Positions 50,880-64,000 of a stretch of DNA of 64,000 nt are shown here, piece after piece. The notes beneath the pieces were generated by a model. That model worked only from the letters and a program-made list of their open reading frames with translations, searched no databases and was not told the DNA's origin. A program made the position numbers and the translations under genes. The DNA is from Mobula birostris (Eukaryota). The DNA lies in the NCBI RefSeq assembly GCF_030028105.1, contig NC_092379.1, positions 24,793,821-24,857,820 of the forward strand. The letters run 5' to 3'. How positions within the stretch are numbered: the first letter of the stretch is position 1; every line of letters begins with the position of its first letter.

Positions 50880-51515
50880 AGAGGATGGAGGAGAACATGG
50901 CGGCGCAACGCATCGCGCGCGGCCGATCCGAATGAGTATCCATATGTGTAACTAGGCGCCTTGCATCAATTCGGATTTGATAGGGACAGTCGGGAAGCGC
51001 AGAGCAACATCTGGAGAAACTTCTGAAGTGCCTGCTTCGCTGCCACTGCTACTGTGCGATCGAGAATCCCTGGAGACGTAGGCCGCAAATCCTCGGATTT
51101 GCGTATCGTCTATTGCCGGGGCCGGGGTGAAAACGCTCGGTAGAGCTGGTGCTCGGTGCATCGGTGTCGTAGGCTCGGAGCTTTCGTATGCACTCGTGTT
51201 AGACTGCGGTCGGATGCTTCCGGGATGATGCATCGGCAAGTTGGCGGCGCTGGAGGTTTACAGTCTGCGTGAGATGATGGGACTATCGAGACACTCTGAG
51301 ACTTTTACTCTACCATGGCCTGTTCTTATAAAATTGCGGTATTGATTTGCAATGCTCTAACTATGTGTTATATTTCTGTGCTTTTGTTAGTTTTTAAGTC
51401 GGTTTGTAATGTGTTTTCGTAATATCATTCTGGGAAAAAAAAAAAAAATCTTATAATGTCTTCATGCATGCATTACTACATGACAATAAAAGGGGACTGC
51501 GTGTCCTCAAATCAC
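50880..51515 (+). mobile_element. Non-autonomous SINE/LINE-derived repeat
   Basis: GC-rich 5' part (ATGGCGGCGCAACG...), AATAAA and short-repeat 3' tail, no coding capacity. Family not determined. Confidence 0.45.
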
Positions 51516-54500
51516 CATAATCATAATATAACGCTCCTGAAAACATTGTCTCTGTTCAACCCGTCTTTCACAATGAAATTGTAGTTTCGACCTATATAGT
51601 GATGCAGGGTAACGGACAAAAATGTTGTCGAATCATCATTAGAACTTTGGAATGTATGAAAATCGAACTTTATGGCTATCCCGCACCATTTCCTTCTTAC
51701 ATTTATGCTTCTTGTAAAATGTGCTTCCAAACATTACAAACTGCCGGCAAATAACCATGTGTGTGACTTCGATTCGACAAAACGTCTTTGGCATAATAGT
51801 TAACAGAAAAGCTTCAAAAAAAAAAAAGTCGAGACACTCGTTGCTGGGTGATTTATGTACTCACTTTTCCCAGCTGCATTTTCAAATTTTATCATAACGG
51901 CAAAAATCTGTCATAAGTGCTGTATGCTTTAGTGACTGTGGGTATGGCTTGTATCTGAACATAAAGGTTCCCCTGGAGATTCAACCGTATCTCGCAACAT
52001 GGGTCAGGGATTATATCTCAGTTTACCTCTCTGGACGTAAACAAACGTCAAAGCTCAAAGAAATTACAAATGTGTGTGTCTCTCTCAGAGTATCAGCGTT
52101 TATCTCTCTGGATGCTTTTACAAATCGTTCATACATTGTAAAACATAGAGTTCACTGTCAGCAGAATTCATGCAAACCTGTTTTTACCGGGTGTCTCTAT
52201 CTATTCGGCTCGATAGCCCTTCGCTCGCATTTACTAATCACATCGACGAAACAACACCTGACCAGGCTCCGTACGTGTGGGTCGATGAACATTTGGTCCC
52301 CGAACACCGGGAAGTTGGAATATATCGCTCACTCGAACACCGATCTGTGTGAACACTGTCTAAATACCGGAGTGTGCAATTACCTGTCGGCAAGAAGTAA
52401 CAGTTCGTACACTGCATAGTTTTATAAAGAACATCATTTATAAATGTTAACTTAGCTAAACAGTTACATAAACCAATAACCAAACCAATCAGAAACAGAA
52501 GGACACAACTGAATTCGTCGGGTGTGCACAGGTTGCATTTCAAAATTTCCAAAAGATGATGTGCTGTTGTACTCCCTGCGGCTACTCCCATTGACGGATC
52601 ACCGGCTGGACTTCCGATCTTGGACCACCCTGATTGGACCACACTGCATTCCGGAGTATCACAATCCAATATCCTAACACTAAACGAAACACGATCAGCA
52701 CAACACTCTGTTTCAAACGAAAACCATTAAATGAAATACCTTACAAATTTAGCAGTAGGATCTTAAACATGTCTTCCCAATGTAGTAGTGGAAGTTGCTT
52801 TACATGTAATGCAACGCTGTTTCAGAAAGTATTACATTCGTTCCGTTTACCTCTCTTTTCCTTAAAAATCTTCCATATAAAGACACCACTCTATTTTCCA
52901 CATCTGCATGCCCCCCCCCCCGCACCAATGAACGGAAGCCATAACTTACAGCAGCAAATATGATGCAATGACATGATGATAGCTGTGCGATATATCCACA
53001 ATCCAAGGTACAGAAGTCTTATTGTTGAAAATTACTTTTTTTTTTTCTGAGGTCATAGTTGCTTGTGATAAAGGTCAGTTTCTACCCAACATTCATTACT
53101 CTAGTTCTCTTTGCAAATAAGGGCCAGTATTAATTTCGTAAGAGAAATTACATACGAAATAGGTCTAGTTACAAGGGCTGCTTTCCAACAAATAACACTG
53201 CCGACAGAAAAGGATGCTGGCCCACATGAGCGATTGACTGCACAAAAGAAATGGTTTGCAAAGCAAAGTGACCTTGAAACTTTATTGTCTACAAAAGCAA
53301 AATCTAACACGCAGTGCTTATGTTAGTAGGCTTTCAGAGAACCGATACATTTATTTAGTTCAAGGGATGATTGAAACCGGACGGAAATCTATCATTTAGC
53401 GCATAATACATGGTTAATCTATATTTGTTCGCTCATGAATTCAGTGCTCACTGGTATTATTACAGCTGCCTATAGTCGCTGTGGCCAGAAATACTTGGAT
53501 CACTTTTATTAATTATGTTGTCCCAATAAAAGAACCTAAAACGCACCGCATGCACGTAATGTTAATTGGGAACAGAACTTCATAAACGTTAGAAAGCATT
53601 GGGAGCTATTAACAACGTCAACGAAAATGGCAGAAAGATGGTGTGACTAGAAATAAAACGAAAATGTATTCCACTCTCTTCGTTTTCTACGTAAGACAAC
53701 TCCTTTGCTTTCAACTCGTTCTTATATTATTTTAGTTCATAAATATTGTCACTGTGTTTGGAAATCGTTTGTAGTTTACAGATATTCTTTTGAAATTCTG
53801 AGATTTTATACATTGGTAAAACTTTAAAATATGTGTCAAGAACCATCTGTCGATGTTTAAACATATAACTTAAAGCAAAATGAGCTGTTCGTCATCTACC
53901 TTGTTAACGTGATGTTTCGCATCATTGAGAGGGAGTGTTGACTTAAGACTCAAACAGTGGGTATTGGTAGGTAAACCTCCCGCAGATACCATAAAGGGGT
54001 GTAAGCTATTCTTTGAAGAAAAAAAAAAAGTTACAGTATAATCCCGGGATAATGTGGATAGCCGTAGATACTCATAATGCGTAGGTCATAAAATTTATTT
54101 TGAAATTTAGGGATTTGCAGACAGTGAACTGAATACCATCACATGGGATGAGATAGAAACCTGGGTTTCAGTTCTGTAGCTCACCTGATGAATGCAAATA
54201 ATCAAAGCTGTTTTATACCATTTATCTACATCTTTTTTCATATTTCGAAAGATATTTCAACTGAGGCGTTACTGTCGTTTGCCCTTGTACCAACGATTGT
54301 TCCTCGATCATTTGAACCGCCTGAGGAAATATGGAACGTCAGAATCGACGAAGAATACAATGGCCGATTCTTGAATTGTTGCTCATAGCTCGTTCATCAG
54401 CATTTATTCGATCTGTTCTTCCTCCTGTCGTCAAAAAAAAAAAAAAAAAATCACATTTAGCCACTCAAAAATCAGCTAATCTTTGGGAGCAGCATGGATT

Positions 54501-54748
54501 TTTTTTTGTCAGATTGGGTAGTTCAATAGAAAATAGCAAGGAATGTCCTCGAATTAACATCACTGAACGGCTAAACGCATTAAACAATGCGACTTCAGTT
54601 GTCCACCTGCCGTCTGCAGCGCAAAAGCTGACGACACACATAAATGCCAACCCCTCAGCTCCTCTGCAAAGAAAGAACCAATCTCTACCTTATTTTGCAA
54701 TGCATTAGTAGAAAAAAAATCCACTTCCCATCGTCAGTAAAGTCAGTA

Positions 54749-54878
54749 NNNNNNNNNNNNNNNNNNNNNNNNNNNNNNNNNNNNNNNNNNNNNNNNNNNN
54801 NNNNNNNNNNNNNNNNNNNNNNNNNNNNNNNNNNNNNNNNNNNNNNNNNNNNNNNNNNNNNNNNNNNNNNNNNNNNNN
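54749..54878. other. Assembly gap (N run)
   Basis: 130 N. Confidence 1.
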
Positions 54879-56709
54879 TAAATAGTCGCTTTCAACTCCC
54901 TCAACTTTCCCAATCACCTTTCTGTTTTTTTTTTTTTGGAAGTCTGCAGAACAGTTTATGATCCTTGCAGTCTCAACGTTACTTTTTAGGCCCGGTCGAT
55001 TCACTTTACCAGATTTCACTGCCAAGATGGACAAACCTATGAGGATCCCCAAGCAAAATATACCGTATCAGGCTTTACTTTTCCGTTGTGCATTTTCTTG
55101 AACGCATGTGTCCCCAATTCATGTTCCCAAGTACCTGCCTAATAGCAGGAAATTTCCGATCCCCGTAACTAAGTTGTATTTCATTATCGAATGCCATTAA
55201 TCCTCTCCATCTACTGCAAATGTAAGTGAGTTGTGGTAGCCGCCCGCGAATTTCTCAACAATCAAGTGATCTGACATATGACCTCCTTCGTTTTTTTCTC
55301 AACAGATCCTGTGTGGCTTCTCCACTGATCGGGCTTTCTAGTATCGTCTCTGTTTTGCTTCGTCAATGCCGGAAAGTAACATACATCCTACATAAAGATT
55401 TTCACTAAAAGGTTCCAATTGATATTAAGAAAGTTGAATTCATCCATGTCTACCCAGCTGCATTGTATCCATGCTCAAAGTATGCTCTCGATTTATTCTT
55501 AAGCGTCTCTTCTGTTGTTTTGGGGTTGGATATTTTGGAGTGTCTATGGAATATCCAGAGTATGTGGCTGTTCTCTCCGTATGTTTTTAATCTATCACAA
55601 TTGACTCAGTAAACAATCCCTACACACCATCACACTTTCTCCTGTGTGATATTATTTTCATTAACCATGTAACTCCCAGCGCTTTTAGCAACATTGTTAT
55701 CTCCATTGAAACTTGTATACTCTGTAACATACAGCAGCTGTTCCTGACTTTGTGATGACCAAGTTTATGTACTGGCAACTAGGCAGTAGTTCTATGAATC
55801 GACGTTCATCATTCTTGCTTGAAATATTTCCTCCTTGTTTCTGATACACTTTGCATTAAAATAGACGGGCTTCAATGGATCCACATGACTGCAATTTTAT
55901 ATAGCCCCTGTTCATACTTCGAACCAATTCTAAACTGGGGATGTAACTCTGTGGGAGAAGCCGTTACGACAATTCGGTTTTTAACGAGGCAACCCTAACC
56001 AAAACGACACAGCTAACTTCACGGAGTGAGAGGCAGTTTGCTATTTTGACAGATGCCGTTGTAATTCAAGGAAAAAATGTAATTTTCCGGAGACGGCCGA
56101 CGAAAAAAAAGCTTCGGTATTCACCTATAAATTGTAATTGCACGGACAACGTAAAATATACTTGCATTTCCACGGTCCACTAGTCTGCTAATGAGTCTTC
56201 TGCGTGCGGAGGCGGTGTGGAACTACTGTGGAACTGGTCCGTGCAATTTCGGTCGAAGTGTGGTGCATGAAATCCAGTTGCCCACCGACCTCGATTTGTG
56301 GCGATGTGGGCTGGGAACGAAATAGGGGCCAAGAATTCCATAGCCCACTAGTTTTGAAGTTGTGAAACTCCAACTATGTGTGCGAAGTCACAATTGTTAC
56401 TCAGCTTTTTAAATACGAATAAAAATTCGGAATTTCCATGCAGCTTTATTTGGCAATGAGGCATGACAGCGACGCCGTTGCTGATTCAGCGCAATGCTCT
56501 GTGACGACTGTTTGTTTAGGCTGAGTCAGCAGCTGCTGCTGGTCAATAACTTTTCATATTTCCGAGTACTGAAAGAAACTTGTGGTATTGATGCTGATCT
56601 TTGTCTACTAGTCTGAGTCGACGTCCACACCCGCCTCTTGTATAGACTGCACCGCCATGGAAACTGTACAGTTTAAGCCTAACTGAAAGCTGCTATATAA
56701 TAGGGAATC

Positions 56710-57135
56710 GTAGACACAAAATAGTCTGCAGATACTGGGGTCACAGCAACACTCACAACACGCTTGAGGAACTCAGCAGGTCGGGCAACATCCGTGGAAA
56801 CGATCTGTCAACGTTTCGGACCAGAACCCTTTGTCAGGACTGAACAGGGAAGGGGTGGAGACCCTATAACGACGGTGGGGGGAGGGTGTGAAGGAGAAGG
56901 CTGGAAGGTTCCAGGTGAAAAACCAGTAAGGGGAAACATAAAGGGCTGGGTTGGGAAGCAGGGAGGGGATAGGCGGGAAAGGTGGAGAAGGAAAAGGGGA
57001 AAGCACAATGGGCAGTAGAAGGAAACGGAACCATGAGGGAGGTGACAGGCAGCTGGGGGAGGGCGCAGAGTGAAACCGGGATGGGGGAAGGGAGCGGGAG
57101 GGAACTACTGGAAGTTGGATAATTCAATGTTCAAT
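56710..57135 (-). mobile_element. Penelope-like terminal fragment
   Basis: Same terminal repeat as 24094-24500. Confidence 0.7.
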
Positions 57136-57189
57136 TGTAATTCCCTCCCCCTCCCGATATCGCAGTGATTGTGACGAATTCTATACTTT

Positions 57190-60100
57190 TAGACAGAAAA
57201 CCCCATCCTCTTCTCCTCAGTATAACCCTGCATTTCAACTGTAGAAGTGGACCCATCGTTGTGGGTATTGTACAATATTGCTAGTCCCTAAACCTGCATG
57301 TTGGATCTATAAAGGTTTGTGCACGATTTGCGGGCTGTCAAGCAGACAGTACAGCTAATTTTCCTGGTTGGAACGGGCAAACATGTAACCTAGGCCACTG
57401 TAGCAACTAAATCTCGATGGTACCTGATGATTCCGATCCCTCTGCACAATAAGACTAATAACTGTTTGTCTTTATATGTAATGGACAATATACATGGACG
57501 CGTTTGCCTCAGGGCCACACTCAGAGCCCAGCGTTATAAGTAGCTACTGTTAAAGTCGACTTGAACACAGTATTGGTGCCAGGCACGAGTGACATTTTGC
57601 AACTTAATGATGACACTGGCAGATTGCCAGAACGACACTATAAGACTGTAAAACCACCCAGAATTCTATCAACCACAAATCTCATTATCTAAGACAGAGT
57701 TTTGTAAAGCAAATCTCACCTATTTAGGCAAGAACAATCAAGTTATTTAGTGACGTAAGGAGGGATTTGGGAGCTCCGTGCTAACTCGGGAAAACGGTGG
57801 CTTGAAAAGATCAGTGGTATACTACTCCTGTCAATTAGCACTAGTGGTGCACGGTCTGTCAGAGATGGCTGTAAAGGCAGTGACTTCACGGAATGACTCC
57901 TCAAGCTGTAATGCTACTCCTCAATTCAGCGGCTACACTACACTTTACAGCAGCAAGGCGAGCACGGGATGAGATAATGGATTTTCAAATCGAAATCTGA
58001 ATTTAAAGAGCACCAGCCCTTAGAACGGACACCATTGTTTCCAATCATAATGACACAGAACGATAATAATTGTGTCTTAACTATTAAAAACAAGACCTCC
58101 CCTCGGCCGGATTTTAGTTGTACCCTTTTAGCTACCCCGGATCTGATTTTTATCATTGAATTTTAATTGAGTAAGCCCAATGCTAGAGAGGCTATTTCTA
58201 CTTCAGTCTATAATATGTCTATTTTCCGTTTCAGGGTTCTTTTGAAGACTCTGACTTGAAGTTGCACGCGGGCTTCGGTTCTTTTTGGCTATTGGACTGG
58301 CCGTCGGGATTTGACGACTGGCCGGTATTCGACATTCCAAGAACGGGATCTCAGAGGTTAGAAAGCGTTCATGGCTCTGGAGACGGCGGGATCGAAGGTC
58401 GGTGTAGCGGCAGTAGATCGATGTGCCCAGGGAATCGGAAGATCGGAATGTATTTTTGGGCGACAGCTCGGGAAAAGCAACGCAATGAACTTTTAACGTC
58501 GTAAATCCGCGAATTGTTTATTATGCTTCCCTTCCCGTTGTGAGACGGAGACATCTCTTTCTCTCTTATTAGAGAGAGCAGGAGAGAAAGGGAGAGCAAG
58601 AGAGCTTGTGGTATGTCGAATACCCGGTGAAAGAGTTGTCTTTGTGGTACAGCAATTCTAAGTCTTTGCCGTTGCTTTGCTGCACGACTGTGTGCTCGAT
58701 GCTCGGAGCTGATGCATATTTTTGCTAGTGGAGGGAAGGGTTGTTCGTTGCTTGCTGCCGCTGCGTAGTGAGGGGAACTGGATGGAGCGGATTTGGGGTA
58801 CCAACATTTATCTGTCCTTCATTCTTTGGGGGCACTCTTCTGTTTTTGCTGATGGTTGCGAAAAATGTATTTCAGCATGTATATTGTATACATTTTTCAG
58901 ATATTAAATGTACCTTTGGAACCTTGAAATCTTTGAAACATGAGAGATTGGAAGTGGGATCCGTCCTTTCAGGAACATCAGCCGCTGAACTACTTGCATT
59001 TACTAGAGCTTGGATCTTGGCTGAGTGTAAGACTGAATATCTATAACTGCAGACAGCCTTTGTACATATGCCAGAAAGTGTGGGGAAGGGGGTGTCGGTA
59101 TAAATATTTGCTAGTAATAAGATACATTTTTTTTTGTAAATGAATAAACGCCTTTCTCATACGAAAAATAAATGACAATAGTGCAATAATTAAATTATTG
59201 ATGAATAAAATTATTCCCCGATTTGGAATTCTTTCTAAGTTTAATGGTGATGGAAGAACGCTCTTTGCGGGGAGATTCACTAAAACATTGAGAAAACCCT
59301 GGAATTCTCCTGGAGTGGCATGCGGCCTAACAACTATAATAGTCAGGATTAGTGGAAACGATAAATGGAGTACTGATAGGGACTCTGGCCGAAGAATGGC
59401 AACAGGCGAATGAATTAGCCTGTAGGGCTGCTGCTTGCTCTACGTACGTTCTACATGTTACCAAGACCAGCAAATTAACAGATTTTGAAGTATTGATTGG
59501 AAGACCTCTGCCCACGGGTTCTCGATCCTCTTTTATAAGTGCCCAAACAAGGCACATATCGATGGATGAGAAAACCCTAGGCATAATAAAAGATTTAGAT
59601 GAAGCTATTAGAATGAAGCAACTAGAAGTATTCACCGCCCTCCGCAAAAGTGGGAAGGGATATCTACATTCAATTAAACCGGGAGATTATATGTATATTT
59701 ACTTTCTGGAACAGCCTTACCAATTCCTCCAAACGGCAGTCAAGGTACAAGGCAAAGACAAATGGATCCACTGAACAAAGTGTACGCTGCATCAGCCCTC
59801 CGTTCCATAGTCCGATACTTTACTGAACAAGAAGGACAACTGAAAGAAAATGAAGTGGCTAAGTATATGTTGAGTTATTTGCCTCATTGACTTTGCGGCT
59901 GGACTTAGCTGTGCTTGTAGTACTTATTTAGGCATAACTACTGAAGTGGTCGCCAGTCAAACTGAGCCCTGCAAAAAAGAGTGGTCTGAGAAATGAGGAA
60001 AGTGTGCCGGTATAGGGCAGGAATATTTCACCCATATTCCTGATGAATCTGAGAATATAGCCCACTTGGCCGATCAAATACAGTAAAGTCTAAAACCAGT

Positions 60101-60800
60101 AAGGTAAGATCGGAGAATAATTCCACAACGAACATTTTTGGGAATATTTTTGGTGGTTGGTGGAAAATGCTAGTACATTATGGAATTGTTATCACTGTGG
60201 TAATAGTCTATTTTTAACATGTTGTGTTTCAAATGTGCAACTCAAAACCATACGTTCGCTGGAGTGAACGGTGATTCTTATTTCCAGTAATGTAATGAGG
60301 AAGAATGTTTAAACAAGGGACACCTGCCTCAGACGCCTTCCTATTTGCTGCCTCTAATATTTATCGTTGATCTTGAAATCAGAAAGGTGGCAACTGTAGA
60401 GGAAAATATCGTGAGTTGAATATTTCGATAGACAAAGAGTAATATTAGCTTTAGGAGTATGGGAATCAGTTTTCAGCTTGATTTGTTACATGTATGGCCT
60501 TGGCGTTTAGCAGAGAATAGTCTTAGAATAAACTTGCCGGTTGTTTATCTTATCTGAAATAGACTGAAGGCTATGAGACAAACTGTTAATAAAAAGTTGT
60601 ATACATGACTGATTTTATTTATTTATTTATTTTTCTGCTGTTGCTTTGGGTACAGCTTATCAGAAGATAAATGCATGCGCACTTAGCTTATGCTCAATTT
60701 ATTTATCCCCCACTAAAGCATCGGAAGCATCGTTTTCCAGCGGTCAGATATGCACCCTCGCTTCTCCTTTATATTTTATCTAACTGAAGAAACTGATGGT
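57190..60800 (+). mobile_element. Endogenous retrovirus relic (RT, integrase, env TM remnant, PPT, 3' LTR), interrupted by other repeats at about 57760-58930
   Basis: RT: RFVHDLRAVK, GQYTWTRLPQGHTQSPAL. IN: IIPRFGILSKFNGDGRTLF, FEVLIGRPLPTG. env: HIPDESENIAHLADQI then a Trp-rich/hydrophobic anchor (60030-60240). Purine tract AGAAAGGTGG before TGTAG at 60395. Right boundary uncertain. Confidence 0.8.
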
Positions 60801-60899
60801 ATCCTTTTTATTGTCATTATTGTTTGGTTTACTGTTGCATTTCTTAATGATGTTTAAGTTGTTTTCTGCTTGCTTTCTCTTTAAAAAAAAACACCAAAT

Positions 60900-61500
60900 T
60901 AAAATTCTCATTACTGTTCCATTGATTGTATGCCCTCTCGTTGCCTTCTTCGTTGACTTTGGCTTCTCTTGTTTGTCACGGTAGTGTCATTTTTCCTTTA
61001 TAATACTTCTTCGTCTTGTCATGTATATGTCTTGTGTCTTCCGACTTACGTCCAGAAATGCTAGCCATTGCCATCCTGCCGTCAATCCTCCTCGCTTCCT
61101 TTGCAATCAAAGCTGGGCAACTACACTCTCTCATGACCCTGTAATACATTTTATTCCATTGCAGAATTGACACATCAAACTTCAGTTTTTCTTTATCAAT
61201 TTCGAGGGTGAATTCGATCATATTACGAGGATATTTCCCTAAGGGTTCTTTTATCTTAAGCTCGCTAATCAATTCACGATTCAACAACATCAATACAGAA
61301 TTTCTGATCCCCTCGGGGACTCAAAGACGAGCTGCAATAAAATGCCATCTTGTAAGCAGCTTAATCCTTCCTCCCTTTCTGGAATTTCCGCAAACCTAAT
61401 TGTCCCAATCTACCAGCATATTTATCTCCCCCATGACTATTGCAGTATTGCACCTTCAGCCTATATTTTCCAAATCCCTTTATAATCTGCGGGCCAGATC
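60900..61500 (-). mobile_element. CR1 endonuclease-region fragment
   Basis: LISELKIKEPLG...NMIEFTL...KLKFDVSILQWNK. Confidence 0.75.
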
Positions 61501-62499
61501 CACACTATCGTTCAGGGTGTATATATAACTGCCATCAGGGTCTTTTTCACTCTTGTAGATCCTAACTCTATCCTCAATTATTCAACATCTTCTGACGCTA
61601 AGCCACCTCATTCTAATAATTTGATTGCATTTCATACCAACACAGTAACATCGCCCCTCTTTTCACTACAACGTGGATCATTTGACATTAAGCTCATAGC
61701 TAGCATCTTCTTTCAGCCATGACTTAGTGAAATGTCCATCATCAAGTCTGTCATCCAGCAACTGTGCTGCAAGCTCCTCTGCCGTATTGCATATACTGCG
61801 CACAATCAAACATAAGAACTTCCGTCCTCTAGTCTCCATTTTCGATATTGTTCACCTTTTACTTTGCAGTTCCTCTTGTTGACTGCAATTTTGCCTTTTC
61901 AGCAACCTTTCCTTACTGCACATTGCATGTCTAGGGAAAACACTTGCCTCATCTTCAACACGATTGCACAACTTTCCTCCAATAATTCTTGCATAGCAAT
62001 AAAGGGTGCTCAGGGCTCTGATCGTAGGATGTTCAACCATTTGATAAATAGATTTGCCTGAGGTTTCCAGCATTTGTCTCCACAGCCTCTCCACTAACTA
62101 TTCTGGAATTCAGATATCGCACAGCCCGCCCCCCACCCTTCCCGCAACTCTTGTTTAAGCCACGTCGTGCTGCATTAACAAACCTTCCAGATAGGATATT
62201 ATTACCTCCTCCAGTTCAGGTGCATACTGTCCCTTGTGAACATATAACACCTTCCCTGGAAGAGACAATTGCCTTATCGTTTGATACTGAGGGCAGTCCA
62301 TGTTCCAAGGATTCCCCAGTGTTGTTCCTAACTCCTCCTCCGTTACGTTGACGACTGTGTTAGTGTTGCTTCCTGCAATCATATTGACAGCACAACATCA
62401 CCAATTTTGCCTCGAAACGCAACACTTTCCTTAGATTCACTCCGTCCATTTCTGATATCACCCACCGCTATTCCGGTATCTCTGTCTCTATTTCTGCAG

Positions 62500-63790
62500 A
62501 CAAACCGTCGCCTGACATCTTCTACAACCTGCTGAATCCCACGATTATCTTGACTATATCTCTTCGCAACTCGCCCTTTGTAGAAATGCTATTCAAGTTT
62601 CTGAGTTCCTTCATCTCCACCACATTGCTCCCAGGATGTGGCTTTCCATCCCAGGACTTTTGATAGGACATCCTACTTTAAAACACAGGGTTTCCCATCC
62701 TATACGATTGAGGCAGCTCTCACCTGCATCTTCTTATTTCCCAAACATCCGCATTCACTCCATCTTCCTGGTGCGTTAACAGTGATATAGTTCCTCTTGT
62801 GCTTATCAACAATACCGTGATACTGCACATCCGGCAGTTCTTTCACAACGGATTACATTATCTCCAAAGGGATTCTACCACCAAGCATAAACTTACCCCA
62901 ATCCTTGTCTCTGGTTTTCGCAGTGATTCCTCATTCCCTGAATCACTTGTACAATTTCCCCTATATTATTTTCCCTCTCGGTACTTATTCACGCAAGCGG
63001 CAAAAATACTACACGTGTCCTTTCAGTCATTTCTCACTTCCATTTAGAGGCCCAAACCGTCCTACCAGGTACATGCTAATCCGCTGATATCGTCTATTGT
63101 ACTCTTTTGCCCGCTGTGGTCCACATACCTTGATGCAACTTGTTGTAAAATTGGAGTACCGCTTTGTGGAACAACTTTCAGAAGTCTATGTTCATGCCGT
63201 CAGGTTGCAGGTTAGCCAGACGGAATATAAGGCGTTCTTCCTCCAACCTGAGTGTGGCTTCATCTCTACCGTAGAGGAGGCCGTGGATACACATATCTGA
63301 ATGGGAAAGGGACGTGGAATTGAAACGTGTGGCCACTGGGAGATCCTGCTTTTTTTTCTGGCGGACAGGACGTAGGTGTTCAGCAAAACGGTCTCCCAGT
63401 CTGAGTGATATATACACACACATTCTTTTTTCTGTCCTTTTTTTCCCTCTGTCCCTCTCACTATACCCCTTGGACATTCTCTGGGATTTCCCCTCCCACT
63501 TTTCTTTCTCCCTAGGCCTCCTATCCCATGATACTCTCATATCCATTTTGTCAATCAACTGCCCAGCTCTTAGCTCCATCCCTACCCGTCCTGTCTTCTC
63601 CAATCATTTCCGAACTCCCCTCCCCCTCCCACTTCCACGTCTCTTACTAGCTCTTCTTTCAGTTAGTCCTGACGAAGTGTCTTGTCCCGAAACGTCGACT
63701 GTACCTCTTCCCAGGGATGCTGCCTGGCCTGCTGCGTTCACCAGCAATTGTTATGTGCGTTGCTTGAAATTCCAGCATCTGCAGATTTCC
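62500..63790. mobile_element. Cluster of Penelope-like fragments in both orientations
   Basis: GIY-YIG remnants (RLGDRFAEHLR..., LPVATRFNS) on the minus strand at 63180-63400; plus-strand remnants at 62500-63140 and the terminal repeat at 63420-63790. Confidence 0.75.
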
Positions 63791-64000
63791 TCGTTTTTGG
63801 GTTTTTTAAAAAAAGGAGGAATTAAGTCTCGCTTAGGAAAAAAAACAAACGATAATTTCAGAAATAGATAGTTTAAGGCGATAAGACCTGATAGGATGAT
63901 CTTACGTTCCCGTGGAGAAGAGGCGTGAAAGTGTTCATCCACCTAAAAACCATAGTCACCGCCATAGACAGGATCCTGACTGGGATGCTTACCAGTACCA

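Noticed and set aside
51949-52419. 156-aa plus-strand ORF
   Set aside because: Non-ATG start and no recognisable domain; treated as a chance frame.
52600-52670. 12-RSS-like CACACTG-12-TCACAATCC followed on the minus strand by QGGPRSEVQP
   Set aside because: Too short for a J, no FGxG, and the donor is in the wrong phase.
56180-56240. TSLLMSLLRAEAVWNYC resembling IgH FR3
   Set aside because: No upstream framework and no downstream heptamer.
1-64000. TCR-delta D, J or constant exons, and prokaryote-type features (CRISPR, rRNA, tRNA, operons)
   Set aside because: None seen. The delta D/J/C needed by the supporting V must lie outside the window, expected to the left on the minus strand.
1-64000. 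Frameshifts at long A/T/G runs as evidence of inactivation
   Set aside because: Over-long homopolymers are widespread and may be sequencing or consensus errors. Only calls with additional substitutions or stops were kept as pseudogenes.

Overview
Eukaryotic, repeat-rich DNA from a cartilaginous fish, most likely part of the T-cell receptor alpha/delta V region. The species cannot be determined from the sequence. The only apparently functional genes form one intact NAR-TCR cassette on the minus strand: leader (36657-36699), IgNAR-type V with 23-RSS (36225-36509), one D with 12/12 RSS (35819-35832), a YGxG J with 23-RSS (35396-35450), and a leaderless supporting TCR-delta V (31487-31792) with a perfect 23-RSS. 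The J splices in frame onto the supporting V. NAR-TCR is an already described system, so the interest lies in this copy's architecture. Around it are several decayed V-like relics, mostly on the opposite strand. The rest is dense retroelement DNA: CR1 and Rex1/Babar LINEs, Penelope-like elements, a Gmr1-like Gypsy element that may span about 18 kb with nested insertions, a chromoviral Gypsy relic and an env-bearing endogenous retrovirus relic. No TCR D-delta, J-delta or constant exon was found. There are two N gaps and many long homopolymer runs, so frameshift-based pseudogene calls are tentative. Most ORFs in the supplied track are retroelement fragments or chance frames. Repeat boundaries are approximate and were read by eye.
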